A stretch of 62,919 nt of DNA, the filler included, from Rhabdomonas costata (lineage: Eukaryota), in the NCBI GenBank assembly GCA_019059605.1. It is 43 parts of 43 records of this genome, joined end to end, with 100 filler letters (N's around TTAATTAATTAA, not from the genome) between each part and the next. Parts side by side here need not be neighbours in the genome. Positions count along the whole stretch, not along the records: positions 21,837 to 23,208 come from JAHMHO010017902.1; positions 23,309 to 24,680 come from JAHMHO010017903.1; positions 24,781 to 26,152 come from JAHMHO010017904.1; positions 26,253 to 27,624 come from JAHMHO010017905.1; positions 27,725 to 29,096 come from JAHMHO010017906.1; positions 29,197 to 30,568 come from JAHMHO010017907.1; positions 30,669 to 32,041 come from JAHMHO010017908.1; positions 32,142 to 33,513 come from JAHMHO010017909.1; 35 more parts are not named here. One strand, given 5' to 3'. How positions within the stretch are numbered: position 1 is the first letter of the stretch; each line of letters begins with the position of its first letter. The position numbers and the translations under genes are program-made. The notes under the pieces were generated by a model. It worked only from the letters and a program-made list of their open reading frames with translations. It was not told the origin of the DNA and made no database searches. Below, in pieces: positions 23,099 through 36,557 of the stretch.

Positions 23099-24425
23099 GT
23101 GTCTCATTTTAAGTTTCTTTTACTCCTGCATTCCTGTGTTATTTCAAGTATAGTATCAGAGTTTAATGACCTTCGTGTGGTATTTGGTAGGTACTTACCA
23201 CACAAACCNNNNNNNNNNNNNNNNNNNNNNNNNNNNNNNNNNNNNNNNNNNNTTAATTAATTAANNNNNNNNNNNNNNNNNNNNNNNNNNNNNNNNNNNN
23301 NNNNNNNNGCCCATGTGCCCTCCAAACCCGCTTCGCTTTTGCTCTTTCTCATTCCCTCCCCTTCCTTTGGATTTTTTTTGTTTTGTCAGGTGCATCTGCC
23401 CGACCTGGGGGTGCTTCTGCCTCTCGGGTTTGGCGCTATAGTTCTTATCTTGAGATAGCACATTTTCAGCGTCTCTGTGTATGTTCTGCTGATGTGTGCA
23501 TCTGTTTCCTTGGTGATGGGATTTTGTGTTAGCTTCCAAAAGGAGGTTCTAACGAGGACTGTCAGTAAGTTGGTAAGTTTCCGTCTTAAGTCGGTCAGTA
23601 GTTTCACTACTCTGGATCGAAAAAGAGATTGGAATTTTTTCAATTCTTCAAACTCATTTAGGGGCTGACCAACTGTCTTGAAGCGAGAACGCACCCGAAC
23701 CGATGCTGACCAACGCCGTAGAACATCGCCGTAGAACTTAACACGCGGAATGGCAGTCTGACTTGAGACCACTTTGTCGGGACAACGTGGACGCGCAATG
23801 GGGACCGCTCCGCCCTTTTTTTTTTCTGATCTATCTGTCAATCCCATTTATCCACGAATCGGATTGCGCAAGACACGGGGACGAACATGGGCGTGATCGA
23901 ACATCTTTTTTCGCTCTGCTTACCAACTTCAAAGAACACGATGAAGAGAAAGGAATGTTTGTCCCCAGCGACACAGGTACAGGAAGCCTCTGCACCCTTA
24001 CTTACCCCTTCACCTCCTATTCCCTCCTACCTGGCTGTTTGGCCGAGATGTCTGAGGTCTCCACCCACCGCGCCTGGCGGGTGCAAAGGAATGCACACCA
24101 TCAGACGACTCCTTTGCTACGCCTCACCCCGCCAAAGGCAGCATTTCTGTTTCTTGCGAAAAGCGACCGGCCGCACCCAAAAGAAAACAATGGAAACCCT
24201 TCACTTAGAAGCCCCCAGTCGTGTGAACAAAACAAGACGTATGATGGAAACTTCCGAAAGCTTTTTGGACTCATTTATGTGGTATGGGTTTTGTGGATGC
24301 TAGTGCAACATAGATGATCATCATTTCATCCTTTTTCTTGTTGGGATGGGTACGGGTTATCGGTGCTGGTGGTTTCGGTAATTCCCGTTTGTGTGCTGCT
24401 TTGTAAGGGTTTCCAACTCCGAACA

Positions 24426-24507
24426 ATGGCTGCACTTGACACCCTGACCGTGACAATTACCATCGCTGTGCTGGTGCTTTCCCTCCTGCCCTCCTGCCTT
24501 GGGCAAG
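24426..24507 (+). CDS. Probable first exon encoding a signal peptide
   Basis: ATG, MAALDTLTVTITIAVLVLSLLPSCLGQ, then AG|GTGTGC donor. Confidence 0.45.
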
Positions 24508-25291
24508 GTGTGCCCCTTCATCGTAGAAACCGCCTGGGGCCTAGCGAGCCGCGCGGCCACAGCCTCTAGAGCCTTGTAATCAATGGAATTGTGTATATTC
24601 ACCATTGGGAACAGGAATAGGCCACACACACAACATCAGCAAGGTACACAGTAGAAGCAGTAACACCACACACACCCCCANNNNNNNNNNNNNNNNNNNN
24701 NNNNNNNNNNNNNNNNNNNNNNNNTTAATTAATTAANNNNNNNNNNNNNNNNNNNNNNNNNNNNNNNNNNNNNNNNNNNNGTTTTGGTTGACAGAATGCA
24801 CTGGTATGTAGGCAATTGATTTAAATGGTGCTTTAAGTAAAATTTACCTACATTTTACAGGAGGTGTAATTTAATTACTTTTTTCAATCCTTTTCAATCC
24901 AGTGTATTTAAATTTGTTGCTGCAAGAGAGAAACCAATTTGTCCCCCCTTTGCCCTTTGTTCCCCAACTGGTTTCTAGGAAAATCTGTTTCAGCATAAAT
25001 CTTGAGCCACTGCAAAAGTTGTTTTTTTCACTATTTTTTATAAAATTTTTCTTTCCGCTAATGTCTCCAAAAAACCAGATAAAGGCAAAGGGGGCACCTT
25101 GAATTTGGTCTTTTGAGGAGTTCGGTTTTTTCGAACTCAGCATTTCGCATTAGCATATTAGTGGAAATCACTGTCTCACTGTACTCAAGGCATTCCGCAT
25201 CTGTTGTGTTCTTTTGTATCTTTGAACGTGTGAAATCTCCCGTAGCTCGTTGCGAAGGGCTACTTCTACTTCCCCTTGTTCCGAACTGCAG

Positions 25292-25502
25292 TGACCGCTT
25301 TTTGCTTAACTGTGTGAAGGTCGTTTCCTCCACTTTCCTTGACAAGCAGCAAACCCCACCCAGCTTTCCCCATAAGATGCTGACCGTATACGACCCTGCT
25401 ATTGGCGGCCGCCTGACGCTCAAGAACTGCGGTCGGCTGAAGCGGTCAGAGACCGCCCGTGCGGCGCGGCCCTGCCCCTGGGAGGTGGACATTCCTCGCA
25501 AG
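25292..25502 (+). CDS. Internal exon, unknown protein
   Basis: Pyrimidine tract and CAG acceptor, open GC3-rich frame DRFLLNCVKVV...WEVDIPRK, consensus donor AG|GTAAGT. Confidence 0.5.
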
Positions 25503-27729
25503 GTAAGTTTGAAGTTTGTCTTCGTTCGTTGTAATTCCTCCTTTGCACTTTCGTTGTAATTCTTCTTCTCCCTTTTTTTTAAGCGGGAGGGGGAGGGTTG
25601 TACATACTTTCAATGCATCAATGATGGTTCAGATTAGAAACGGAGCAGCTCCGCATCCTTTCCGAAAGAAAATAAGAGATCAACTGAAAATGGCTCTGGG
25701 AAGGTCAATTCGGGCCATCTTTGAAATACGGGAAGGAACGCGTTGTTTATTGATCAACTTAGGCACTTATCCAGAAATTTTGCCACGTTCAGTGCCTCGC
25801 AGTATGCTTGCTCATTCAATCAAAAAGGGTTGGAAGCGTGTTCAATCGTCATCGAATCGCGGTCAAACGTTTTTTGCCGGACAAAACGTGACAGAACGTT
25901 GTCAGTAATCCCCCCCACTTACACACAAAGTTCCAATCCTCATGGCAGCAAATGTCAGTACAAACGCACGCTAGCAACGCCCAATGGTGTCTGATGGCAT
26001 TTAATAGATACTAACTTCCAACTCCTGAATGTCTTTCTCTCTCGATACAGCTCAGTGTTTCATTCGTTCGTTTTCATCTTTACTTTGTTGTTTCAGCCTC
26101 AGGGCATCTTGACGAGCCCCAAGCGGCTGTCAGACAGCCTGGACCCAACCAANNNNNNNNNNNNNNNNNNNNNNNNNNNNNNNNNNNNNNNNNNNNTTAA
26201 TTAATTAANNNNNNNNNNNNNNNNNNNNNNNNNNNNNNNNNNNNNNNNNNNNGTTGTTTTGGGTCATCCGCGCCCGCTGCTTCTCTCTCTTCACAGATGA
26301 CTCAAAACAACGGTACGCAGACAATTAAAGAGCCTTGAGAAACAGACACCGAGCGCACCCGGGCAAAAAGATAAATATTACATATAAGTCGGAGTTAGAA
26401 ATTTGAGCCTTGCCGGCGCAGTGTTTCGTTCAGATGCTTTGCGACAATTGATGCATCATGCCGAACCCAGAGACAACGCGAGAGGGAAGAACCGTCACCT
26501 GAAGCCACCCTTTTATCGCAAAAACTTTTGTCTTTTTTTTTATTGCAATTGCAAAATAAACCCGGCCGGCGCTGAGTCACAGGAAAAGCGCACACAGGTA
26601 CCCCGGTGATGGAGCAGTCGTCCCCTAGCCGAGACTTGACGAGGTAGGTCGGTGCGTCGACCTCTCCTCCATCGCAAAGCAGCTGAAGAGATTTTTGACC
26701 AGAAACACCACAAACAAACAAACCATAAACTCAGTGAGAACTGCAAACGGATGTGCGGTGAGTTCGGCACAGGGTTGGGTTCCTTAACGCCCTTGGCACC
26801 GACAAGGAGGATTAATGAGAATGAAAAGAAGCAAAGCCGTAAGGGATAAACAAAGGGTGAGTTAGAGAGCGTTTTGTTCATTCGTGCAACCATGGTGTAT
26901 AGTTACCTCTCCACACTCCTGGTTACAGAAACCCAGAGCACCCTAAACATGCTCTTTCGCGCACTTGCGTTCTTGCATTCTTGCCTCACTTAGCCTTTTC
27001 GTGAATCCAGTGCTGTTAACGCATCCAAAGCCAAAATTACCACTGGGGCGGCGTACACAGCGGGCCACGGCCAACAGGAAAGCCAGTCCTCCGTGGCAGC
27101 TGCGCAAAAGTCAAACAGAAGCAATACAAATTCAACTGCCCACAGGAAGAAACAAAATCAAAGGGACGAGACCTTGCGGAGCGGCAGAGCGATGAAAGTC
27201 AGCATGTTCCCTGCGAAAAGAAAGATCAATTCTTCGCCATTTGCAGTGCGCTCTTTTGCCACACCCGCGCTGAATTCGAACACTGCACACTGCACGTTTC
27301 GGAGTCGGTGGCACAGTTTACAAACCACCAGGGCCCAAACTGTCATCACTTTAATCGCTGCAATTTAGTAGCGTGAAGTGGCGCCCGGGTTTACCGCCGC
27401 TTAAAGTTGTATACCCCAGGAAACACATCTCCATCTCAGCCGCCCCAACCGCCCCCTGCTTCCGGCACAGGCCCCGCCACGTAAACGAATTCTTTTTAAT
27501 ATAAACGCGAGATGTACCGATAAGGGCCGCAAAGCATTTAACGCCAATTCCCCTCCATCTCCCCAACACAATAGTCTGCGCACATGCCCAAACTCAGTGA
27601 CCCAAACTGAGTGCACACCACACANNNNNNNNNNNNNNNNNNNNNNNNNNNNNNNNNNNNNNNNNNNNTTAATTAATTAANNNNNNNNNNNNNNNNNNNN
27701 NNNNNNNNNNNNNNNNNNNNNNNNGTTGT

Positions 27730-27813
27730 GGTGTACTCCGCAGCTAAGGCTGGAACGTTGGGGAGGTCCTGGGGTCCTCCTCATACATCCACGCCTTAGC
27801 TGCGGAGTACACC
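27730..27813. repeat. Inverted repeat (21-bp arms, 42-nt spacer) at contig start; probable fold-back
   Basis: 27730..27750 GGTGTACTCCGCAGCTAAGGC is the exact reverse complement of 27793..27813. Confidence 0.9.
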
Positions 27814-30254
27814 TCTACCCCGGCCACCATCGGGGTCACCTGGCAGTTCGCAGTCTCTGGCGGCTGGGTGTACGATTCCAATGTTCGCGCGTATTGCTCA
27901 AGTATGCCCTCGTTTTTCACGCTACGCTCTGCCCGCGAGTAGGAGAGGATAAACAGGTAAGTGTGCTTCTGGTTAATCTCCGTCAGCGTAGCTTGGGGTC
28001 TGCTGTGACCTGGCTGGAGCTCACAGAGATCTTGGTCCACCGATTCTTTTCACTGCCATATCCGCCTCGGTTGATCGCATCCTTCTTTCTTTCCTTTCAT
28101 GCACCCACCAGTGCTGTTTAAATGGCGGTCTGCTCTTCTGCTCACTTTGGTGCGCAGAAAACATGATCATAAGAGCATTTGAACTTCTGCTTCACCGCTG
28201 GCAGAGCACGACAGTAGCAACGCAACGTTGTACTCATAGATTGTTGGTTCAAAGTCCCGGTCTTCAGATCGGCATATGGACATGTTTATTTGAATAACCG
28301 GTAGCGAAAAAAATATATGCAGCAACAGGAAAGGCACTAACCCAATAAAATTACGGGTTAACTACTTCAATTTTCGGTGGTCCTTCAGTATTTGACCTTG
28401 ACAGCATCATTTGTTGAGAGATATCTGATTCTCATCAATTTGGTACGGATACAGCACATGCCAACATGGCTAAACAGAGAAAGAAAGATGGATTGTCAAA
28501 TATTTTCCTCTGCGAAAACACTGGCCGTCCCAAAATTCGCACCACTTTCCGCATTCCGCAGTTTTAGTATATATATAAACGTGTCCACAGCGAAGTATCG
28601 CCATCCTCCCGCATTCTGCCTGCTTTTTTCCTTGCTCTGTTATTGTTCTGCACACTTTCCTAACTGCTCCCCCTTTTTGTTTCATTTTTGGGGTTGTGTT
28701 TTGCTTCGAAGATAAAGCCGTTTTGGAAAAAGGATGGGGAAACTGGGGGCTTCGTCCCAAGAGGATTCCATATCAGCCGTACGGACATTCGAATAGCGAG
28801 CTTTTGTTACATGAGAGGCTTCTGGAAGAGGCTTCTGCAGCCTAATTAAAACCACAACCGGCCGAAGGTGAAAGGTCAAAGAATTCCGACCCCAAGGACC
28901 GGCCACGCAGCGTTTCGGGAGGCCTGCTGTATTTACAAAAGACCCCAGGGCTGCTTCGGTTTAGCCCTCGGTGTGCGTTTTCGCTCAATGTGAAAAAAGT
29001 AAGTTAAGACACTTCAAAAAAGATTTCAACCGTTGCATAGCTTGTGCTGGCGTCCTTCCTGCATATTCATCATCCTAAAGGAGCTGCCCCCCAACANNNN
29101 NNNNNNNNNNNNNNNNNNNNNNNNNNNNNNNNNNNNNNNNTTAATTAATTAANNNNNNNNNNNNNNNNNNNNNNNNNNNNNNNNNNNNNNNNNNNNGGGT
29201 GCTATGCAACAGTTAGTGTCGATGCCAATTTAACCACGGGCTTCGAGCCACGCGCTGCGTATTAAATGTTGTGGGGTTGGTCTTCACCCGCAAAATCGAA
29301 AAAACTACAGAAAGCAGGAATGGTGGCAGGGGCGTTTCTTCTTGTTGTGGGGGTAGGTGTTCCTTCGCCCCCGTGGTGACAAATTTGGTGACTTTGGTTG
29401 TAGTGAGATGGGAAGGGTAGCCTCGCGTACACCACCCAGCCCCCGGAAATGGTATCGTCCACCCAACTGCAATCTGGAAACAATGTCGCCCATGAAAAAA
29501 TCCCTCCGCCCCTGTTCTGCAGATCGTAGTTCCCTTAAGTGTTTTTCCTTTTTATTTTGAGTCGGGGGTGCTTTTTGAATCGTCCGGTGGGTTTCAGAGC
29601 GTCGCGGCAGCAGCCCTCGAATCTTTCGCCCAGGCGGGGCTCCCGGCCACCACGGTACGTCTCTCCAGAAGAGATGCCAGCGCTGGACAAGGGTTCGCCT
29701 GTGAAGTCTCCCTCTCCTTTCCTGACCTCTCCGTCCGTTTCTGCGCGTATTTTGGGGCCTGAAGCACTTCAAAAAGTGCGCCGCAGCAGGCATGGCCAGG
29801 TGAACGAAAATGCCTATAAGATGGTGCTCTGAGTCCCTCCACTTCCCCATTTCAGCTTTGTCGGGCTATTTTCGAACCTTTGATTGTTCTTGCGTCCAAG
29901 GTTGCTCCACGGTGACCAATTATAATTGGCAGAAAACAGGACCCGAGGAGCCTTTGCAAGCGAGAAGGTGAATTTTTGTCCATTTTTCCATAGTGATGGG
30001 CCCCTTTTTGAATCGAGTTTGTCAATTTCAAAGTAGCAAAATTGTAGGGCTCTTGTGGATAAAGACTTATGGACCAAATGAGTTTCATAGTGCTGCAGTC
30101 TTTTTTCATTTCAAAAACACACATGATGCAAAGCGTTCGCAAACCAAGCTGCTTTGTTCCGTTTGCATCATGGGCATCGTGCTGATAAAAATCAAACCCA
30201 AAACTTTCTGATTTGTTAGGGTGACAACTCAGAAAAACACCCAGAAACCGACCT

Positions 30255-30290
30255 GCTGGCGCGGAAGCTGGCGCGGAAGCTGGCGCGAAA
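30255..30290. repeat. 12-bp tandem repeat x3
   Basis: GCTGGCGCGGAA GCTGGCGCGGAA GCTGGCGCGAAA. Confidence 0.95.
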
Positions 30291-31236
30291 CGGATGTAAA
30301 GCCTCCGCAGAAGATTGGAACTGCGGTACTTCCATTGGCGTTTGAGCGCCGGATACTGGCGACGTGGTTGATCGGATCACAGAACCATCGTTCTGCTTTT
30401 GAACGAATTCCGCACATCGCCAATGCATCCATCCCGTGCATCTTGCAGTATTTTGCCATCCAGCAATTCCGCAATTGTAAACTTGGCAACTGCACACAAG
30501 GCCAGAGTGTTCAGAGTGCGTATACTCGTTACGAAAAAAAAACATGTTGAGTAAAATAACAAAACCACNNNNNNNNNNNNNNNNNNNNNNNNNNNNNNNN
30601 NNNNNNNNNNNNTTAATTAATTAANNNNNNNNNNNNNNNNNNNNNNNNNNNNNNNNNNNNNNNNNNNNTTTTGTGGGGCTGGCGCAAGCAATTGGCCGTC
30701 AGCTGGGTCTTGGGTTGGTGGGTTGATTACTAGACCGGATAGACCATAGATTATGCCCCACCCCCAGCGCTCACACGTACGGGTTCAGTTTCCACCAACG
30801 TCCGTACCGCCCACGTCACACCAGCCATAAACCGCGGAAGATTCATCCAGTTCTTGCTGCAGTCCTCCTCCCATTCACTCCTCACCCTTATCACATCCCG
30901 GAGTGTGCTTTCGGTCTGATCTCTGCACGCGTTTTCCGTGCCTTCCGGCTTCTCATATTTCCTTTCACTTTCTCTCTCTCTCTCTCTCTCTCTCTATCTT
31001 GTTCCGCGCGTGTTGTTGGCTGTTTGCTGTTTTGCACGTGGACCTTTCACTCAACAGTGCTGTCGCTGTGCTGCTCCAACATTAAAAAAATGCATTGAAA
31101 AAAGAGTGCACTTCAAGCCAAATTCTTTTCAGGGGTCGAACACCTTTTTCCGAGCCTTCTCAAGTCCAAAACAACCAATCTAATTTGACCCGGTGCTCAA
31201 ATATACAGAAAAAGAAGGTTTAAATACAACACGAAC

Positions 31237-31419
31237 CTTGTCCACTTGGAACGAAAGGTTTCCCACGAAAAGTGACTTGCAGTCGCCCCGGTAGCGGTCT
31301 CTTGCGGAGCGAGGGGCACCACGGTCCCTCGAAGTAGAGCGGCGGCGTGGAGAACGCCGGGGGGGAGAGCGGGAGGACGAGCGTCGTCGTCCCGAGGACC
31401 CAGACCCAGACCGAGGCAT
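31237..31419 (-). CDS. SR-related splicing factor, first coding exon (RS domain then RRM; TRA2/SR45a-like order)
   Basis: MPRSGSGSSGRRRSSSRSPPRRSPRRRSTSRDR...KSLFVGNLSFQVDK (RNP2), followed by a GT donor. Confidence 0.85.
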
Positions 31420-32162
31420 GAAAAAAGACACGGAACTGGCAAACGCACTGAAGGCACTGAACCTGAGAGCAGGGGAGGCAGACAAAACATGAAAACATAT
31501 GGAGGTTTGGAACCACCAGTTTATTGCCTATATTTCCTTCCTAACAAGTCAACGGAGAAGCCTGGGGCAGGAAGAGCCAAGAAAATTTTTTTGTATAAAA
31601 TGTAAAATACAACGCAATAATTTATGAAATGTTGAGAATCCTGAGTCATCGAACATAACCCGTTTAAAAACGCCGATAACTCATCATGGGAAGGGGGAAA
31701 AAACGGTTTGGCAGCATGCAGGTTAGCAGATGAGGGCACTGAGCTGGGGACACAAAGGAGCATGATTATTAACAGGAGAAACGCAAACGAGAAGAAAAAT
31801 TGAAAGGGGAGAGGAGAAGCGCGAGTGGGGGCCACATGAATGGGATGCGGGACCAGAGCTGAGGAGGCTGGTAAGAATAGGTCGGAAGGATGAGATGGGA
31901 GGGTGAGAATGTGGTGCGTGTCAGTGGCGCTGCGGAGATGGGGTTCAAAGAGAGTGCGGGCAGAAAACGCGTGCGGAGCGAGAGCAGCAAAGAAAGCAGC
32001 ATAGAAGGCAGAGTAGGAAGCACAAAAGTACAACAAACCCCNNNNNNNNNNNNNNNNNNNNNNNNNNNNNNNNNNNNNNNNNNNNTTAATTAATTAANNN
32101 NNNNNNNNNNNNNNNNNNNNNNNNNNNNNNNNNNNNNNNNNGTGGTGGGTGTGGTTGGGTTG

Positions 32163-33327
32163 TTGTGTGAAAACGACGTTCAGCAGGGCCAGCAGGGTGC
32201 GGGCGGGCAGCCGCGCCGCGATGGGGGTAAACTCCACAAGGTCCGCGAACAGCACCGTGGCCTGAGGTGGGTGTGCCCAGACATGCCCGAACCAAAGGAG
32301 GAGAGAGGCAGGAATCAATGAGTGTGAGTATGATAGGCAGGCGTGTGAGTCTTCCCATGGGTGCCGTGAACACTCACACGACTTGCTCGAGTGAATGCTT
32401 TCCGCGCACCGGCGGCCCTTGACAATCGCAATGGGTGATCCAGAAATCGCAATCATTCAAAAGGAGGATGTTGAGTTGCAGGGAGAGAGAGCAGGGTGCC
32501 TGGGTGGACTGCGCGGGTGAAGTCCTTGATCAGCAGGTACCAGGTTAGAACGCCGTATAATGCATGAAGTAAGGACAGTGCTCTCTATATTGTTTTTGAT
32601 ACAAACAGTAAACACCTGCCAAACCGCCCACCACCGACTACTATCAATTCTTTTGTATAACAAAAACAACATTGGGTTGTAGTAAGACGCCCCCCCCCCT
32701 GCTATTCACTTTTTGCGTAGCGATCGCTACGCAACTTTTGCGGCGGGCTTAAGGGTGATGGACGTGTCCCCTGGAATTCTAATACAAGCTTTTGCAGGGT
32801 TCAGAGGCGATGCACGCATCCCTTGGGAAGTTTCCACGACGTCTGCCTTGGGCCGCGGAGCGCAGCGGAGCTCCGCTGCGCTCCGCGGCCCAAGATCCAA
32901 AACATAGGTACTACCACACTTCTGGAATGAGTATCCTCGGCATGTGTAGCAATCACGCGGGTCTGCGTAACGGGGGGGTTCGTCTAATATACTACGCCCC
33001 ATCATTGAGGGGGTGACTCCCCTCGAGGCCTTTTGAACTAATGTCATCAGGCCTGAGCCCGTAGCCAGAAGAGAGAGAGGCGCTGCTCCTGCTGAGGCCA
33101 CACCGAGAACCTCCCGTACTTGCCAGGAGTCTCTCCTCTATCCCGAAGCAGAGGGTGGCCGTCTGCCGCACCACCCCTCCACTCCATGCTGTGAGGAAGA
33201 AAAGAGAACACACCATGGGGTGGACCCGGGCCAGCTGCAGGGTGCAAGCGGACAGGGAGGCCCCTGTCTTCAGGGCCCCCGCGATCTTGGACGACATCTC
33301 CACGGGAAGAACCTGGTCCAGCACCAC
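32163..33327 (-). CDS. Class III adenylyl/guanylyl cyclase, partial, multi-exon
   Basis: Exon from 33327 VVLDQVLPVEMSSKI (pre-catalytic helix). Exon from 32261 ATVLFADLVEFTPIAARLPARTLLALLNVVFT, with the first metal-binding Asp intact. Confidence 0.85.
32679..32995. mobile_element. MITE-like element with imperfect TIRs and two perfect internal palindromes
   Basis: Left end GTAGTAAGACG-C10; right end G7-TTCGTCTAATATACTAC. Palindromes at 32713..32734 (22 bp) and 32847..32894 (48 bp). Confidence 0.6.
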
Positions 33328-33714
33328 CTAGGAGGAAGGAAAAGGGGAATCCAACCCACCACCATCACAGCTCTCCCACCTACCTCCTGCATCCGTTGCA
33401 CAAGCCACCGAACCTTGTTTCCAGCACTTTGTGTCCTCCAGTGTCAGCCAAGCGCTTCCTCTTTCTACCCCTCTCGCTGCTTTTCCCACGGGTTCGGGGT
33501 AGGACAAAACACCNNNNNNNNNNNNNNNNNNNNNNNNNNNNNNNNNNNNNNNNNNNNTTAATTAATTAANNNNNNNNNNNNNNNNNNNNNNNNNNNNNNN
33601 NNNNNNNNNNNNNGTTGTGGTGGGCGAATGAATGGAACGGGGGTGGGCGAATCGGGGCTCGCATATGCACCATTGCATACATTGTGAGGAAGAGGCACTG
33701 GGCCTTAGACACAC

Positions 33715-33929
33715 CATTCTGATGGGTCGTGGACAAGGGGGACGTTCGCTGGGCCTTTGGCGCCCGCGGTTGTTCGGGAGCTCTGTCGAGGGGGGGCGTC
33801 GGGGTGGTTCCAGTCCAGGTCCGGGTCGTCTTCGAACAGCTCGGCGTTGATGTGTGGATTGCTGCACGCCAGCCTCCAGTGAACGTGCTCGCCGCAGTAC
33901 GCCCACTGTGCCTCGGACCAGCCGTTGAC
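33715..33929 (-). CDS. Internal exon, unidentified conserved-looking protein
   Basis: TAG acceptor after a pyrimidine tract, VNGWSEAQWAYCGEHVHWRLACSNPHINAELFEDDPDLDWNHPD..., donor GTGTGT. Confidence 0.55.
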
Positions 33930-36557
33930 CTACAGCGCGAAAAATGAAGAAGAAGAAGAAGAAGGTGCAAACAGCCTTGGGGGGAGGGACGGGTCCTTGC
34001 AATGCACATCTGAATCTCTTTAAACTCGCAACAGCGTTTCCAAGCAAAGCTAAACAACACTGTTCGAAGCTGCACACAAAGTGAAACAAAGTTGGACGAA
34101 GTTGGGGAGTCCACACAACTCGGGAAGAGGAAATTTTTGCGGATATGGGTGGGAGGAGGGACGGACTCCTTGTTACCCGCTTCCACCACAATAGAAGAGC
34201 GGATGCAAACAACGGCTTTTTTTTTTACGGAGCACCGGTGTAACTGGAAAATTTTCACATGAAGGTATCACAAAGATATCTGCACCGCCAACCTGAAGAA
34301 GTGTGGAGCAGGTCACCCACTGCGTCCCATTGTCGCTGTATTGCACCTGAGAGATGGCGTCAAGTTAAAAGCACCCCCAACTCCCAACTTGCCAGCATTA
34401 TAGACCAGCTGACGATGACACACAAAACGGCATGCTGCTGTTGCGACATCGATGCGACAACATGCGACAACGCATCCTTGCTTTCACAATTCTTCTGCTT
34501 CTTTTGGGGAAGGTTCAATGAAAAGTGTGGGCAAAACAGGCAGAACGGCTTTTTCAACCCTAAAGGTTTAAAAATTCCAGGAGAATTCGAAGGGAATGCA
34601 AAACAATCAGAAAACGGCCACCATGACTGCAAACGAGAGTGTGGGATGAGCTGTGACTGCGAACTCAGAATTTCTTGGATGCTGCGAAGCTGTAGTGTGG
34701 TGTGCAGCTGATGCAGTTGTGTAAGCACCCCAAAACAAAATAGCCTCGATATGGTGGGCTGTTGTGTTTTTCTTGGGGAGAGTCCCCGCGTCCTTTTGGA
34801 ATCTTCCCTTGTGATTTGCGTTTGCTAAGAGAGGAGGGAACCAATTTCGGGTTCTGCACGCCGCAGAGAACGTGTGGGAGGGAGAGAATGCGCGCTACAC
34901 TTCAGGTCGCACCTCCGTGGAATCGCTTTCAACCTCCCACACGTTCTCTGCGGCGTGCAGAACCCGAAATTGGTTCCCCCCAACANNNNNNNNNNNNNNN
35001 NNNNNNNNNNNNNNNNNNNNNNNNNNNNNTTAATTAATTAANNNNNNNNNNNNNNNNNNNNNNNNNNNNNNNNNNNNNNNNNNNNGCTCCGTGGATGACT
35101 ACCGCCTGCTCTCCGAGGCGGCCCCGCCCGATGCCGCCACGATGGCTGCCCTCTCCTCGAAAATTCGTCCCGTCTGCTGAGGTGGGCATCTACGGGATTA
35201 CTCAGCTGCGGCAAGGCCGCACCCAATCTTGTACCGGCGCCTTCTTAGGCGCAACGGGGTGTACTTTAGCAGGGAAGGGCTGGCCAGTGATGCAGACTGT
35301 ACTTTACAAGCCCTTTTCAAACTTTCTTGATGGTTGTGGCACAGTAAGGAGGATTGGAGGTTATTCCAAGGTTTCCGTGAAGAATGCATCGGTGGCAGCC
35401 GCTGTCACTCTATAACTTTGCTGTAAGGAAAACCTGAGATAAGCTACTCCTCTGGGAAGGAGGAGGTGAGAAGCTCTAATTCCCGTTCTCTTGGAATGGG
35501 TTTCCTCCGAACGGGGACTAGGGAGGGCGTCTGGAACCTCCAAGTCATCTGCTTCAAAGGATTCAGATGACTTGGAGATAAGGCAGGGTTGCTGCACTCA
35601 TGAACAAGCGGGGGATGAGGCTGTGAGACTTTGGGACTTCCGCCGCTTGTACACCATGCGCATCACGGCTTGGAGGCAACCTGCATGGATAACAATTCTT
35701 TCCAATCCCGAGGTGCAGCTCTGGTGTCAGCTTAGCAGGTTTACCTTGTAGATCTGCCTTGTTGCGAACAATTTTCCGGGGAATGGTGAGCGTGAGGACG
35801 GCGATCTACCCGTGACCCGTTCAGCTTTATCGGAGGCAAATTGTTTTTCCGTTGCCTTTTGTTTTTTGTATGCGGTGGATGCTTTGGCGAGTCTCTGTAC
35901 TGTGGCTTTGGCTGGCTGGGGCTCCCCTGTGCGACGCCCTGACCGCGCTCTCGGCGCTGTTCTTTCACCATGACCTCAGCCTCACCTTGTGCACTTCCGG
36001 GGAGTGCACCGTAATGGAGCTACAGCGCTACCACCCCACCTGCACCGAGGTGGCCTGCATGCTTGCCCTTCAGAGCAGCCCTGAGCTGTTTGCTGAGGTA
36101 TGGGCGCAGAATAGGGGTCCGATACATCTGGGGTACACCGTTTTAACCACTTTAAGCGATAAGATAACTACATGCTGTATGCTGGTAGGCTCGGCCTCCA
36201 GAAAACCCCCTTCATCTGTCGCTTTTGGCGGCGCATCACGAAGAAAATTCCCCCCAGTCCCCCCAGACAACCTGCCCGCCTCATCCGCCTGCTCCGGCTC
36301 GCCTCCTCAGCCCACTGCTTCGCGAACTGTCTCTCCTACTCCATCTCCAAGGAACAGTTCATCGCCCTTCCCGCGGAAAGTCACCGAAGCTTGCCCTGCT
36401 AATACGTACAAAAATTCAAGTAAAACACCGTTTAACAACCCTTCCCCCCAAAAAAAANNNNNNNNNNNNNNNNNNNNNNNNNNNNNNNNNNNNNNNNNNN
36501 NTTAATTAATTAANNNNNNNNNNNNNNNNNNNNNNNNNNNNNNNNNNNNNNNNNNNN

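Noticed and set aside
32713-33101. ORFs 32713..32907 and 32727..33101
   Set aside because: They run through the palindromic element; openness reflects GC-rich symmetry, not coding signal.
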